Positions 20,857 through 32,019 of a stretch of DNA of 64,000 nt are shown in pieces. Each line of letters begins with the position of its first letter. The stretch's first letter is position 1. The stretch is from the NCBI GenBank assembly GCA_963813715.1, contig CAWFAK010000008.1:256001-320000 (forward strand), given 5' to 3'. The position numbers were made by a program, and so were the translations under genes. This stretch comes from an uncultured Planctomycetaceae bacterium. GTDB lineage: Bacteria; Planctomycetota; Planctomycetia; Planctomycetales; Planctomycetaceae. A model generated the notes under the pieces. The model was not told the DNA's origin, ran no database searches, and saw only the letters and a program-made list of their open reading frames with translations.

Positions 20857-22512
20857 ATGACCTGGGTCCACAATTACGATCCGCTGGGCAACATCTTTCT
20901 CTCCGCGCTCGTGGCGGCCGTGCCGGTCATCGTGCTCTTGGGGCTGCTCGGCTTCTTTCACGCGCGGGCCTACGTCGCCGCTTTGTGCGGCCTGGCTTCG
21001 GCGATGGCCTTGGCGATCACTGTTTTCGGCATGCCGGCGAAATTGGCCGTTGCGGCGGCCGGGTATGGCGTCGCCTTCGGGCTGTTGCCGATCGGCTGGA
21101 TCGTGCTCAACGCGATTTTCATCTTCGACATCACGGTGCACACGGCCCGCTTCGAGATCGTCAAACAGCAAATCGCCGCCCTCTCCACCGATCGCCGCAT
21201 CCAGGCCCTATTGATCGCCTTTTGCTTCGGAGCGTTTATCGAAGGGGCGGCCGGCTTCGGCACGCCGGTCGCCATTTCGGCCGCGCTCTTGGTCGCGCTC
21301 GGTTTCAAGCCGTTGCACGCGGCCGGACTGTCGCTCCTGGGGAATACGGCGCCGGTGGCGTATGGCGGACTCGGTGCTCCGCTCATTGCCCTGTCGCGAG
21401 TCACTGGGCTCGACCTCCATACGCTGAGCGCGATGGTCGGCCGCCAGCTTCCCTTCTTTTCGTTGATTGTTCCCTTCTGGCTCGTAATCGTGCTGGCGGG
21501 CTGGCGGAGAACACTCGAGGTTTGGCCCGCTTGCCTGGTTGCCGGCGGCAGCTTCGCCGTCGGCCAATTCTTGATGAGCAACTATCACGGTCCGTGGCTC
21601 GTCGACATCGTGGCCGCCATCGTTTCGATACTCGCTTTAGTGACGCTGCTGCGGTTCTGGCAGCCACGAACCTCGTGGCAATTCCCGGACGAGCAGCCGG
21701 TCGTCGTTTCGCATCCCTCGCGTCGCGAATCGCTCGTCGCCTGGATGCCGTGGGTGTTGTTGTGCGTCTTCGTCTTTCTCTGGGGTCTGCCGGTCGTGAA
21801 GAAGGGGCTCGACCGGATCGGTACGCGGCCGATTCCGGTCCCCTATCTCGACGAACGCGTTGTCCGCGTGCCTCCCGTTGTGCCGGTTCCAAAGGCGGAA
21901 GAAGCCGTCTTTCAGCTCACGGCGCTGTCGGCGACGGGGACCGCCCTGCTCTTTGCGGGGATCGTCGGCGGACTGTGCCTCGGGGTCTCTCCCGTCAACC
22001 TCGTGCGGATTTACGGAAGAACGCTACACCGCGTGCGCACGTCCCTCTTGACCATCGCGGCCATGCTGGCCCTCGGAATGACGTCGCGCTACGGCGGCAT
22101 GGACACCACGATGGGACTTGCGTTCGCGCACAGCGGCGTTTTGTTTCCCTTCTTTTCGCCGCTCCTGGGCTGGCTCGGCGTGGCGCTCACGGGAAGCGAC
22201 ACCTCGTCCAACGTTCTGTTCGGCAACCTGCAGACCGTGGCCGCCGGCCGCATCGGCGTCTCGCCGATATTGACGGCGGCCGCCAACAGCTCGGGTGGCG
22301 TGATGGGCAAGATGATCGACGCCCAGAGCATCGTGGTCGCCAGCGTGGCCACGAGCACGACCGAATCGGACGGCGGCCCACAATCGCGCCTCGACGCGGT
22401 CAGCCCGGCCGACGTCCTGCGATATGTCTTCCTCCACAGCCTGGGCCTGGCCATCCTCGTCGGCCTGCTTGTGCTACTCCAGGCCTATGTCTTCCCGGGC
22501 ATGGTGCCATAA
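20857..22512 (+). CDS. lctP: L-lactate permease
   Basis: [65 protein letters not shown]. Confidence 0.93.
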   Translation: MTWVHNYDPLGNIFLSALVAAVPVIVLLGLLGFFHARAYVAALCGLASAMALAITVFGMPAKLAVAAAGYGVAFGLLPIGWIVLNAIFIFDITVHTARFEIVKQQIAALSTDRRIQALLIAFCFGAFIEGAAGFGTPVAISAALLVALGFKPLHAAGLSLLGNTAPVAYGGLGAPLIALSRVTGLDLHTLSAMVGRQLPFFSLIVPFWLVIVLAGWRRTLEVWPACLVAGGSFAVGQFLMSNYHGPWLVDIVAAIVSILALVTLLRFWQPRTSWQFPDEQPVVVSHPSRRESLVAWMPWVLLCVFVFLWGLPVVKKGLDRIGTRPIPVPYLDERVVRVPPVVPVPKAEEAVFQLTALSATGTALLFAGIVGGLCLGVSPVNLVRIYGRTLHRVRTSLLTIAAMLALGMTSRYGGMDTTMGLAFAHSGVLFPFFSPLLGWLGVALTGSDTSSNVLFGNLQTVAAGRIGVSPILTAAANSSGGVMGKMIDAQSIVVASVATSTTESDGGPQSRLDAVSPADVLRYVFLHSLGLAILVGLLVLLQAYVFPGMVP

Positions 22513-22816
22513 CCCCGGTCATTTTGTAGGGCACTCAGTCTGTCCGGCACTCTACGCGTACCGTCCCGGCTTGTGTCCGAACAGTCGGCCGCACAACTTG
22601 ACCGACAAGGCTGAGTCTCGCTCATGAATTACTTCAGCTTGAGTTGGGAGTAACCGAGCGTCCGGTGTAGAGCGCCAAGGTTGAAGGCGACTAGGCGACT
22701 TGAACAGCCGTCGATTGGCCCGGGGGGCCGCCATTGCCTAGAATGGCAACGTTGTCGCATTTGGGCACCCCGCGCCGCTAGTGCGGGCCACGAAACTGGC
22801 TGGGCTCAATCGGACT

Positions 22817-24120
22817 ATGATCGCAGAGACACCGACCGACGTTGGCAGCTACTTCATCGCCAATTACCCGCCGTTTTCGCTCTGGGAGCCAAGTCACGTC
22901 CCCGAAATTCGCCGAGCGCTGACGAGCGAGCCCGACCGCTCGGTCACGATGGGACTGTACATTCACATCCCATTCTGCCGGAAGCGCTGCAAGTTCTGTT
23001 ACTTCCGCGTCTACACCAACCAGAACGCGCAGGCAATCGAGAATTACGTCCAAGCGCTCGAGCACGAGTTTGAGCTCCTGAGCCAGCAGCCGGGAGTGCA
23101 GGGCGCACGCTGCGGTTTGCCTACTTCGGCGGCGGCACGCCCTCCTACCTCAGCTCCAAGCAACTCCGCTCGCTGCACGACCGCTTGAGCGAATATCTCT
23201 CCTGGGAGACGGCCGAGGAAGTCACCTTCGAGTGCGAGCCCGGCACGCTCAGCCTGGAGAAGGTGAAGACGCTCAAAGACATCGGCGTGACTCGCGTGTC
23301 GTTGGGCGTCGAGAACTTCAACGACGAAATTCTGGAAACCAACGGCCGCGCCCACCTGTCGCCCGAGATCTTCCGCGCGTACGACTGGCTGCAGCAGGTC
23401 GGCTTCCCGCAGATCAACGTCGACCTGATTTCCGGCATGATCGGCGAATCGGACGACAACTGGGCCGACTGCATCGAGAAGGTCAAACAGCTCGAGCCGG
23501 ACAACATCACCATCTATCAGATGGAGCTGCCGCACAACACGCTCATCTCGCGCGAGATCAAGGAGCTGGGCGTCACCTCGCCGATCGCCGGTTGGGCGAT
23601 CAAGCGCCGCTGGGTCAGCGAGGCGATGGATGCTCTGTTGGCCGCGGGCTACAACATTTCGAGCGGCAACGAGCTAGTGCGGAACCTCGACACGGACCAC
23701 TTCGTCTATCGCGACCACTTGTTCCGCGGCAGCGACATTCTGGCCACGGGCGTGTCCTCGTTCGGGCATTTCCAGGGCGTGCACTACCAGAACTACGACC
23801 AGCTCGAGCAGTACATCCAGACCGTGGCCGCCAACGAACTGCCGATTCACCGCGCGCTGGTGCCGACGAAGCACCAGGAGCTGGTTCGCGAGGTGGTGCT
23901 GCAGCTCAAGGAGGGGCGGATTTCGGCCCGGCCATTCCGGGCGAAATTCGGCGTCGACATTTTGAAGGAGTTCGCCGCTCCGCTGCGCAACCAGGAAGCC
24001 GCCGGTTATTTGTCGGTCGAAGGGGACGACGTCCGGCTGACGCGTCGCGGCCTGCTGCAGGTCGACACGCTGTTGCCGGAGTATTTTGAAGAGGAGCATC
24101 GCGCGATCCGCTACACCTAA
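22817..24120 (+). CDS. HemN-like (class C) radical SAM enzyme (frameshift near 23105)
   Basis: [24 protein letters not shown] (CxxxCxxC), then [27 protein letters not shown] in the second frame. Confidence 0.9.
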
Positions 24121-24204
24121 CCGGGAGCGAGCGACCGTGACGGCGCCCGCCGGCCGCGTCCTCGCCCCGCCGACCTTGTCCGCCCCCCTCCACTGCAGGA
24201 AACC

Positions 24205-24741
24205 GTGAACCCGCACGTCGAGCTTCAATCGCTGTTGGATGTCTTTCCGGAACCGGAGCCGATGCTCACGGACGCCGAGCATGTCGCCTCCGAAATGCTG
24301 CCCGAACCGTACCGGCGGATGCTCGCGCACAACCATCACATGACCGTCACGATGGAGTCGTACCACAACTGCCGGGTCGACGTGCGAATTCTGGATCGGA
24401 AGTTGGACGGCGACTTCTACAGCCGCAAGATCGTGCTGCTCAAATCGGGGACCGACCGCGTCGTCCAGTTCGGCATCGTGCGGTTCGACTTGAGCTACGT
24501 GACGCCAGTCGTGCGGGAGGAAATCCTCGCCGGGCAGAAGCCGCTCGGGCGTGTGCTCATCGATCACAACGTGCTGCGTCACATCGACCTGGGGGCCGTG
24601 TTGCGCCTGGAGGCCGGACCGGCGCTCGCCCGATATCTGCAAATGCCCGTCGGAGGCACGACCTACGGCCGGCTCGCCACGATCTTTTGCAACCGCCACG
24701 CCGCCGTCGACCTGCTGGAAGTGACGGCTCCTCTGACCTGA
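24205..24741 (+). CDS. Chorismate-lyase-like (UbiC/DUF98-like fold) protein
   Basis: [45 protein letters not shown] pattern resembles chorismate pyruvate-lyase-like proteins. Confidence 0.55.
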   Translation: MNPHVELQSLLDVFPEPEPMLTDAEHVASEMLPEPYRRMLAHNHHMTVTMESYHNCRVDVRILDRKLDGDFYSRKIVLLKSGTDRVVQFGIVRFDLSYVTPVVREEILAGQKPLGRVLIDHNVLRHIDLGAVLRLEAGPALARYLQMPVGGTTYGRLATIFCNRHAAVDLLEVTAPLT

Positions 24742-24773
24742 CGAAACGCCCGCATTCCGATATCCCAAGCCGC

Positions 24774-25247
24774 ATGGACTCCGACAAAAAACCACGCTTC
24801 GTGACGAACCGCCGGGTCGAATTCGTCGACACGGACATGGCGGGGATCGTCCATTTCACGAATTTCTTCCGCTACATGGAGCAGGCGGAGGCCGAGTTCT
24901 TCCGCAGCTACGGGAAGGTGTTGGCGGAGCGGCCCGACACTAGCGGCACCGCCGAGGGTTGGCCGCGGGTCTCCACGTCGTGTTCGTTCAAGTCGCCGGC
25001 GTTTCACAACGACGTATTGGAAATCCGCATCTACATTCGCCGCCGCGGATTCAAATCGCTGACGTTGGCTTACGAGTTCTTTCGCGGCGCGACGCTGATC
25101 GCCGTCGGCCAGATCAAGACGGCCTACTGTCGCTTCACCGTGGGCAAGCCGATCGAATCGCTGGAAATCCCCCACGAATTCGACGAGATGCTGGGGCCGT
25201 ACGACGCGACCCAGCAACAGCCGGTCCCCAGCGACGCCGATCCATAA
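24774..25247 (+). CDS. 4HBT/YbgC-like acyl-CoA thioesterase (hotdog fold)
   Basis: RVEFVDTDMAGIVHFTNFFRYMEQAE. Confidence 0.92.
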   Translation: MDSDKKPRFVTNRRVEFVDTDMAGIVHFTNFFRYMEQAEAEFFRSYGKVLAERPDTSGTAEGWPRVSTSCSFKSPAFHNDVLEIRIYIRRRGFKSLTLAYEFFRGATLIAVGQIKTAYCRFTVGKPIESLEIPHEFDEMLGPYDATQQQPVPSDADP

Positions 25248-25337
25248 AGTCGGCGGGGCGGATTTGGTACAACTACGCCAGGCGCGCATTGGGTCGTGCG
25301 GCCGAACGCTGTCCGGCGTCTACCGAGAGTCATCATC

Positions 25338-26025
25338 ATGCAGCAGGAGGGGGGCGATCTCGCGATCGCCGGTCTCACCAAGGAATTCGTTTCGGAAGCG
25401 GGCCGTCTTTCGATTCTGAACGGCGTCGACCTGGCGCTGCGCCGCGGCGAGGCGCTCGCCGTGACCGGGCCGTCCGGCTCGGGCAAGAGCACGTTCTTGC
25501 ACATTTTGGGCGCGCTCGATCGGCCCACGGCGGGCAGCGTGCGGCTGTTGGGCGATGATCCCTTCGCTCGCAACGACGCCGAGTTGGCCGGCTTCCGCAA
25601 CGCCAAGATCGGCTTTATTTTCCAGGACCATCACCTGCTGCCGCAGTGTGACGTGCTGGAAAACGTGCTGATTCCCGGCGCTTGCCGGCAAAGGAGCCGG
25701 CATGCCCGAAACTCAGCGGGCAATGCAGTTACTCGATCGGGTGGGGCTGAAACAGCGGATTAAGCATCGGCCGGCGCAGCTCTCGGGCGGCGAGCGCCAG
25801 CGCGTTGCCGTCTGCCGGGCCCTGATTAATGAGCCCGTCCTCCTCCTGGCCGACGAGCCGACCGGTAACCTCGATCGCGCCAATGCCGAGGCTGTCGGCG
25901 ATTTGCTGCTCGAGTTGAACCGCGCGCATCAAACGCTGCTCGTCTGTGTCACGCACAGCGGCGAGCTGGCCGCGCGCTTTCCCCGGCGTGCCGAACTCGT
26001 CGACGGCCGGCTGGTCGACCGCTAA
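25338..26025 (+). CDS. LolD/MacB-type ABC transporter ATP-binding protein (frameshift near 25680)
   Basis: [21 protein letters not shown]; the second frame has [29 protein letters not shown]. Confidence 0.92.
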
Positions 26026-26040
26026 CACACCGACAACACG

Positions 26041-29000
26041 ATGACCCAGTTCCGCCTGCTCGTCCGCAACTTGCTTTATCACGCCCGCACCAACGCGGCC
26101 GTGGTGCTGGGCGTCGTCGCGGCGACCGCCGTGATCACCGGGGCGCTGATCGTCGGCGATTCGGTGCGCGGCAGCCTGCGAGAAATGAGCCTCGAGCGGC
26201 TGCAGAAGATCGACCACGTGCTGATTACGCCGCGCTTCGTGCACGAAGACCTGTCAGGCGAACTGGCCGCCAGCCCCAAGTTCAAAGAGCGTTTCGAGAC
26301 GGCCGCTCCCGCTTTGATGTTGAGTGCCACGTTCGTCGCCGATCGCCAGGGAGTGTCCCGCCGCGCGAGCGGAGTGCAGATTCTCGGCGGCGACTCACGG
26401 CTGTGGCAGCTGATCAACCTCCATCCCGCCGACCTCACCGAAAAGGAGACGGTGATCAACGCCCGGCTGGCAGAGCGGCTCGGCGTGCACGCCGGCGACG
26501 ACGTCAGCATGTTCATCGAGATTCCGTCGGCCATTCCTCGCGAGTCGCTCCTGGGGAAGCGCGACGCGGACTCCCGGGAAGTTCAGCTCAAAATCAAGGC
26601 CGTGATTGCGGATGATGCCGGCGCGGCGCGGCTCACGCTCAACCCGACGCAGCAACTGCCGCTCAATGCGTTCGTCCCGCTGGCGACCCTGCAGCAAAGC
26701 GTCGAGCTGGCCCGCGTCGAACGCTCGCGCCGTAATCCCGAGGGAAGCCCGGCCCAGATCAATGCGATCTTCGTCTCGGCCAAGGCACCGGCCGATCAGA
26801 CAGGCGCCACCGCGCCCGAGGCGGCCCGTGCGCTCAGTGACGAATTGGCCGCACTCCTGGTGCCGGCCGACCTTGGCTTGCGACTCGCGCTCGATACGGC
26901 CCACGGCTACGTCTCCGTCGAATCGCAGCAGCAGATTCTCGACAGCGCCGTCGCCACCGCCGCCACAGAGAGCGCGAAGAAGCTCGGCCTCATCGTTTCG
27001 CCCGTGCTCGACTATCTCGCCAACGAGTTGACGAACGCAAAGGATCCGAAAACGTTCTCGATGTATTCGGTCGTCGCCGGCCTCGACCCGGTGGCGACGA
27101 CGAGCCCGCCGTTCGGCCCCTTCGTGTGGGCGTCGCCCGCGCCGACGCATCCGCTGGCCGCCGACGAGATCGTACTCAACGACTGGATCGCCCAGGATCT
27201 GAACGCCAAGCCGAACGACGAAGTCCACCTGCGGTATCACCTCATCGGCTCGCACGGCGAATTACCCGAAGTGGAGAAGACGTTCCGCGTGGCGGGCATC
27301 CTGAAGCTGACCGGTCCCGCGTCCGACCCCGGCCTGGTCCCGGTGGTGAAAGGCATCACCGACGCCAAGACCATCAACGATTGGAAGCAGCCCTTCCCGA
27401 TGCACCTCGATCGCGTCACGCATCGCGACGACGAGTATTGGGACGAGCATCGGGCGACTCCCAAGTCGTTCGTCGCGCTCGACACGGCCCAAAAGCTCTG
27501 GGGCAACCGCTTCGGTTCACTGACCTCCGTCCGCGTCGCGCCGAAAGCCGGCCAGTCGCTGGAGCAGACGGCGACCGACATGCGACGGGAAATGTTGGCC
27601 GCGCTCAAACCGGAGCAAACGCACTTGCAGTTTCAGCCGGTGAAATACACGGGTGTCGTGGCGGCGGCCGGCTCGAACGACTTCAGCGAGCTGTTTCTCG
27701 GTTTCAGCTTCTTTCTGATCCTGGCCGCGACCTTTTTGATCGGGCTCATCTTTCGCCTGGGAATCGAGCGCCGCGGCACCTCGATCGGCCTGCTGGCCGC
27801 GGTCGGCTTTACGCCCCGCCGCCTGCGCTGGCTGTTCCTGGAAGAGGGACTGGTCCTAGTGGCGATCGGCGGGTTGTTGGGGACGGCGCTGGCCGTCGGC
27901 TTTGCGGAGGTGATGGTCTACGGCCTGACCCACTGGTGGAACCAGGCGGTCGGCACGCAGGCGCTGGCGGTCTATATCGTCCCGACGACGCTGGCCACGG
28001 GATTCGTCGCGTCAGTGATTGTCACGGCGCTCGCCGTCCTCTGGGGCTTGCGTCAGCTCAGAGCGCTCAGCCCGCGGGAGCTGTTGGCCGGCGCGACGGA
28101 GCCGGCCGTTTCTTCCGCCACACAGCGCCGCCGCAGTCGCCGCTCGCTGGCGATCGGGACGAGCCTGTTGATCTTTGCGGGCCTCTTATTGATCGGCGTG
28201 ATGACGGGCCGCCTGCAGGGCGAAGCCTTCGAGGGACTCAGCTGGGGAGTCGTGCTGTTCTTTCTTGACGGCATGATCGTCCTGGTTGGCGGCGTGATGC
28301 TGATCGCCGGATTGCTCGACGGCGAACATTCGGCCGCCGTGCGCGGCCGTGGCATGGGTGGCCTGGCGCGGCTCGGCGTCCGCAACACGGCCCGGCAACG
28401 GCAACGAAGCACGGCGTCCGTCGCGCTGATCGCCGCCGCTACCTTCGTGATCGTGGCGGTGGCCGCGGGCCGCCGCAATCCGGCCGTCGAGCAGCCCGAC
28501 AAGAATTCGGGCAACGGCGGTTTCCGCCTGGTCGCCGAGAGCACCGAGCCGATTTTGCCCGACCTCAACACGCCGGCCGGCCGCGACACGTTGGGCATGA
28601 AAATCAAGCCGGTCTCGCCCGACGATACCCTGATCAAAGAGGCACGTTTCTTTGCCTTCCGCGTCAAGCCGGGCGAAAACGCCAGCTGTCTCAATATCTA
28701 TCAGACGCGGCTCCCGACCGTGCTGGGTGTGTCGCCGTCGTTTATCGAGCGGGGAGGCTTCCGTTTCATCGGCGCGAGCGAAGTCAATCCCTGGACGCTG
28801 CTCGACAAGACCGATCCCGATGGCACGATTCCCGTCATCGGCGACGCCAACACACTTCAATACAGCCTGCACAAAGAAGTGGGCAGCACGATTGCCATTC
28901 CGGACGACGAACATCCGCAGCACACGCTCAAGATCGTCGGCATGCTCGACGGGAGTTTGTTTCAGGGCGTGCTGTTGATGTCGGAAGACAATTTCAAGAA

Positions 29001-29547
29001 GGCCTACCCCACGGTGGAAGGGTATCGCTATTTCCTGGTTGAGTCCCCCGGATCGGCCGCGCAGGCCGACCATCTCTCCGACGTGCTCGAGACGCAGCTC
29101 ACCCCGTTCGGGTTTGATGCGGAACGGGTCTCCGATCGCCTGGCGAACTTCCTCGCGGTGCAGAATACGTACTTGTCGACGTTCCAGACGTTGGGCGGCC
29201 TGGGGCTGTTGCTGGGGACGCTGGGGCTGGCCACCGTGATGGTGCGAAACGTGCTCGAGCGTCGCCCGGAGCTGGCTTTGCTCAATGCGCTCGGCCTGCG
29301 ACCGTCGGGACTGGCGTGGTTGGTGCTTGTGGAGACGGCCGTGCTGTTGGTCTGCGGCCTGGCCATCGGGTCGATCGCGGCTCTCGTTGCCATGCTGCCA
29401 CACCTGGCCAGTACGGGTGCGGATGTTCCCTGGGGCTCGCTGGCGCTGATCCTGGCGATCGTCTTTTTCGTGGGGATGTTGGCGGCCCTCTTGGCCTCGA
29501 TCGAAGCGGCCCGCACCCGCATTGTGGAGGCGCTGCGGTCGGAATGA
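26041..29547 (+). CDS. Large duplicated FtsX/MacB-like ABC permease
   Basis: Two MacB-type modules with 'ERRGTSIGLLAAVGF' and 'ERRPELALLNALG', large periplasmic loops, 1168 aa. Confidence 0.92.
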   Translation: MTQFRLLVRNLLYHARTNAAVVLGVVAATAVITGALIVGDSVRGSLREMSLERLQKIDHVLITPRFVHEDLSGELAASPKFKERFETAAPALMLSATFVADRQGVSRRASGVQILGGDSRLWQLINLHPADLTEKETVINARLAERLGVHAGDDVSMFIEIPSAIPRESLLGKRDADSREVQLKIKAVIADDAGAARLTLNPTQQLPLNAFVPLATLQQSVELARVERSRRNPEGSPAQINAIFVSAKAPADQTGATAPEAARALSDELAALLVPADLGLRLALDTAHGYVSVESQQQILDSAVATAATESAKKLGLIVSPVLDYLANELTNAKDPKTFSMYSVVAGLDPVATTSPPFGPFVWASPAPTHPLAADEIVLNDWIAQDLNAKPNDEVHLRYHLIGSHGELPEVEKTFRVAGILKLTGPASDPGLVPVVKGITDAKTINDWKQPFPMHLDRVTHRDDEYWDEHRATPKSFVALDTAQKLWGNRFGSLTSVRVAPKAGQSLEQTATDMRREMLAALKPEQTHLQFQPVKYTGVVAAAGSNDFSELFLGFSFFLILAATFLIGLIFRLGIERRGTSIGLLAAVGFTPRRLRWLFLEEGLVLVAIGGLLGTALAVGFAEVMVYGLTHWWNQAVGTQALAVYIVPTTLATGFVASVIVTALAVLWGLRQLRALSPRELLAGATEPAVSSATQRRRSRRSLAIGTSLLIFAGLLLIGVMTGRLQGEAFEGLSWGVVLFFLDGMIVLVGGVMLIAGLLDGEHSAAVRGRGMGGLARLGVRNTARQRQRSTASVALIAAATFVIVAVAAGRRNPAVEQPDKNSGNGGFRLVAESTEPILPDLNTPAGRDTLGMKIKPVSPDDTLIKEARFFAFRVKPGENASCLNIYQTRLPTVLGVSPSFIERGGFRFIGASEVNPWTLLDKTDPDGTIPVIGDANTLQYSLHKEVGSTIAIPDDEHPQHTLKIVGMLDGSLFQGVLLMSEDNFKKAYPTVEGYRYFLVESPGSAAQADHLSDVLETQLTPFGFDAERVSDRLANFLAVQNTYLSTFQTLGGLGLLLGTLGLATVMVRNVLERRPELALLNALGLRPSGLAWLVLVETAVLLVCGLAIGSIAALVAMLPHLASTGADVPWGSLALILAIVFFVGMLAALLASIEAARTRIVEALRSE

Positions 29548-29639
29548 GCGACGTCCGGCGGCCTAAATTGCAACCCTCTTTGCCAACTGACTAGAATTGA
29601 ACGCATTCGATTCGGGTCAATCTCACGGAGACGATTTCA

Positions 29640-30197
29640 ATGCAGAAGTTGCTGGTCGTGTTGTTGTTCGTGCTCGGCGCCGCGTTGTCGTGGGGCGTTT
29701 ATGTCCCCTTGGTGCACCGGGCGACCATGCAGCTTCAAAGTAATCTCCGCGCGTTTCTGTTCGTCGGCGTGGCCTATTTTCTTGTCGCCGTCGTGCTGCC
29801 GCTGGCGATGATTTTCGTGCTGAAGTGGGATCCGACGCAGAAGGCGGCGCCGAACTTCAACACGATCCCCGTGGTCTGGGGCCTCATCGCCGGTTTGGCG
29901 GGGGCCATCGGCGCGTTGTGCGTGATCTTCGCGGTGACGAATGCCGGCGCGGGCGGCGCGATCTACGTCGCACCGCTGGTGTTTGCCGGCGCTCCGATCG
30001 TCAACACCTTTGCCACGCTCTACTACTTCGCGCCGGCGAAGACAGCCCCGGACTGGCGATTTCTCACCGGCATCGCGCTGGCGGCCGTCGGCGCAGGCAT
30101 GGTGATGATCTTCAAGCCGGCGGACACGGCCCACGCCGCTCCCAGCCCATCGACCGCCGCGGTGGCGCCGGCCGAAGCCGGAGCGGCCGCTCACTAA
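29640..30197 (+). CDS. 5-TM membrane protein (EamA/DMT half-transporter-like)
   Basis: LSWGVY motif and five hydrophobic helices. Confidence 0.7.
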   Translation: MQKLLVVLLFVLGAALSWGVYVPLVHRATMQLQSNLRAFLFVGVAYFLVAVVLPLAMIFVLKWDPTQKAAPNFNTIPVVWGLIAGLAGAIGALCVIFAVTNAGAGGAIYVAPLVFAGAPIVNTFATLYYFAPAKTAPDWRFLTGIALAAVGAGMVMIFKPADTAHAAPSPSTAAVAPAEAGAAAH

Positions 30198-30222
30198 AAC
30201 GTCGCGATTTTCGCCCGGCCGT

Positions 30223-31187
30223 TCAGGGCGGCGTCTGCCATTCGATCTTGGCCGTCTTGTGGGCCTGTAAGGCGAACTGTTCCCACAGGTTCCGCGACAT
30301 GCGGGCGATCACGCTAGCGCGGACATCCTCGAGATTCAAATTGCCGGGCCGCACCTTCGTCACCGTATAAAGGTGCAAGCCGAACTTCGTGCGGAACGGG
30401 GCGCTCACCTCGCCCGGTTTGAGCCGAAAGACGACTTTGCAGATCTCCGGCGGCATCTTGCCGCGGAAGGCGAACCAGCCCACGTCGCCCCCGTCGGCCG
30501 CGCTCGGCGCTTGTGATTCGCGTCGGGCCGCGTCGGCAAAGCCGATTTTCCCCGCCACGATTTCCGCACGAATGCGTGCGAATTTCTCGTGGGCGGCTTG
30601 CACTGCGGTCGCGTCGGCGTTCGCGGGCAGTTTCAAGAAGATCTGGCTCGCGCGGACCTCGCTGCCGTCGAATTCGCTTTTATGACGTTCGAACTCGTCG
30701 CGAATCGTCTGTTGCGTGAGCACGCGGCCGAGGTGCACCTGCCAGGCCATCGGCAGCGACAGCTCGCGGCGTAACAGCGAATCGAGCAAGCGAGAATTTG
30801 ACACGAGCTTGTCCGGGTCGCGATTCTCTCGCTTGAGTTGTTCCTTCGCGGCTTTGACGGCGGCTGCCAGCCGTTGCGGATCGACCTCGGCCCGCCGATC
30901 GGCCAGGAACTGCCGCAACAGCTCATTCTCGATCAGTTGCTCGAGATCGGCCTTCCGCGACTCGGCCGTTCCCTCAGAGGGCAGCCGATGCAGGAACCGA
31001 TAGATCGCCAGCTGGTTCTCTGTGATCGGCTTGCCGTTGACGGTCACGAGCACGGCCGACGGATCGCGCCGGGCGCGCTCGAGGCGGGAGGCGCCGCGCA
31101 AGCCGGCGCTGCCAGAATGACCCACGCGCAGAGCGGCAAAGACCATCGGGTCAAGAGGCTCAGTGAGATCCGAGATTGCGACTGCAT
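30223..31187 (-). CDS. Parvulin-type peptidyl-prolyl isomerase (SurA/PrsA-like; frameshift near 31065)
   Basis: VTVNGKPIT, VRASQI, FADAARRES, GGDVGWF, LKPGEVSAPFRTKFGLH; the signal peptide (WSLPLCAWVILAAPACA) is in another frame starting at ATG 31187. Confidence 0.88.
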
Positions 31188-31217
31188 TCGTGGACACGTT
31201 CCTTCTTGCGTCCGCGG

Positions 31218-31634
31218 CTAGCGCGTCAAGTTGGTGGCGCGGACGACGGGCATGTATTGCTCGTGCGACCAGGCTTGGGCCGCGTGCAGCTTCAACATCA
31301 AGCGGGCGGAGGCAATCCGCACGTGCTGATCCATCCGCCGCTCGAGCTGGACGGTCGCCTTCCGCAGCGCCAATCGCGCGTGATGCAATTGCTTCTGCCG
31401 AGCGCGGAACGCCATCAGGGCGTAAAACAGCGTGCCGATCAGGCCGGCAAACAGTGCGCCGCGTTCCAGCATCGGCGAGCAGACGTGTGCGGCCGTCGTG
31501 CCCAGCAGGTATCCACTGAGGATCAAGATCGTGCTCCGCGCGGCCGCCGACGGTTGCGAGTGGGCCGCCCGGTGTGCTCCATGATGGTCGAAGGCCCGAT
31601 GATTGACGGCGTGGCTATTAAGTTGGCGGGACAT
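31218..31634 (-). CDS. Small 2-TM hypothetical protein
   Basis: Two hydrophobic segments (ILILSGYLLG; GALFAGLIGTLFYALMAF) followed by a basic coiled tail. Confidence 0.45.
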   Translation of the reverse strand: MSRQLNSHAVNHRAFDHHGAHRAAHSQPSAAARSTILILSGYLLGTTAAHVCSPMLERGALFAGLIGTLFYALMAFRARQKQLHHARLALRKATVQLERRMDQHVRIASARLMLKLHAAQAWSHEQYMPVVRATNLTR

Positions 31635-32019
31635 GCCCAGGGCTCCGCAAGCGGTCGGACAGTGAACGAAACGGCAACGGCAGGCAAAACGATCGGTTTT
31701 GCGACGGTACCGAGCCGGGGGCGTCAGCCCCCGGAGATTCGTCGTAGTTGCACCGGCGCGAGACCGGCCGACAGTCACCCGGAAGCCTAGCGCACACTTG
31801 GCACGTTGTCAAAAGGCAACACGCCCTAAATCGCGACCCAACTTCCCCTTCGCGACGAACCTGCCATCGTAAGTCGCGCTTGGCGGTCAGACTGCGGGCG
31901 GCAGAATCGCTGTCGGCTGCACAACCGTTGCCCGCGCTGCGTTTGACGACGATACTTGCAAAAGAAACGTTCGCTCGTCGGTGATGTTTACTTGTACGGT
32001 GCCACTCGGGAGTCGCTCT

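Noticed and set aside
22817..24120. Assigning hemN or hemW
   Set aside because: The family is clear, but the context is not heme-related and the specific function cannot be determined from motifs
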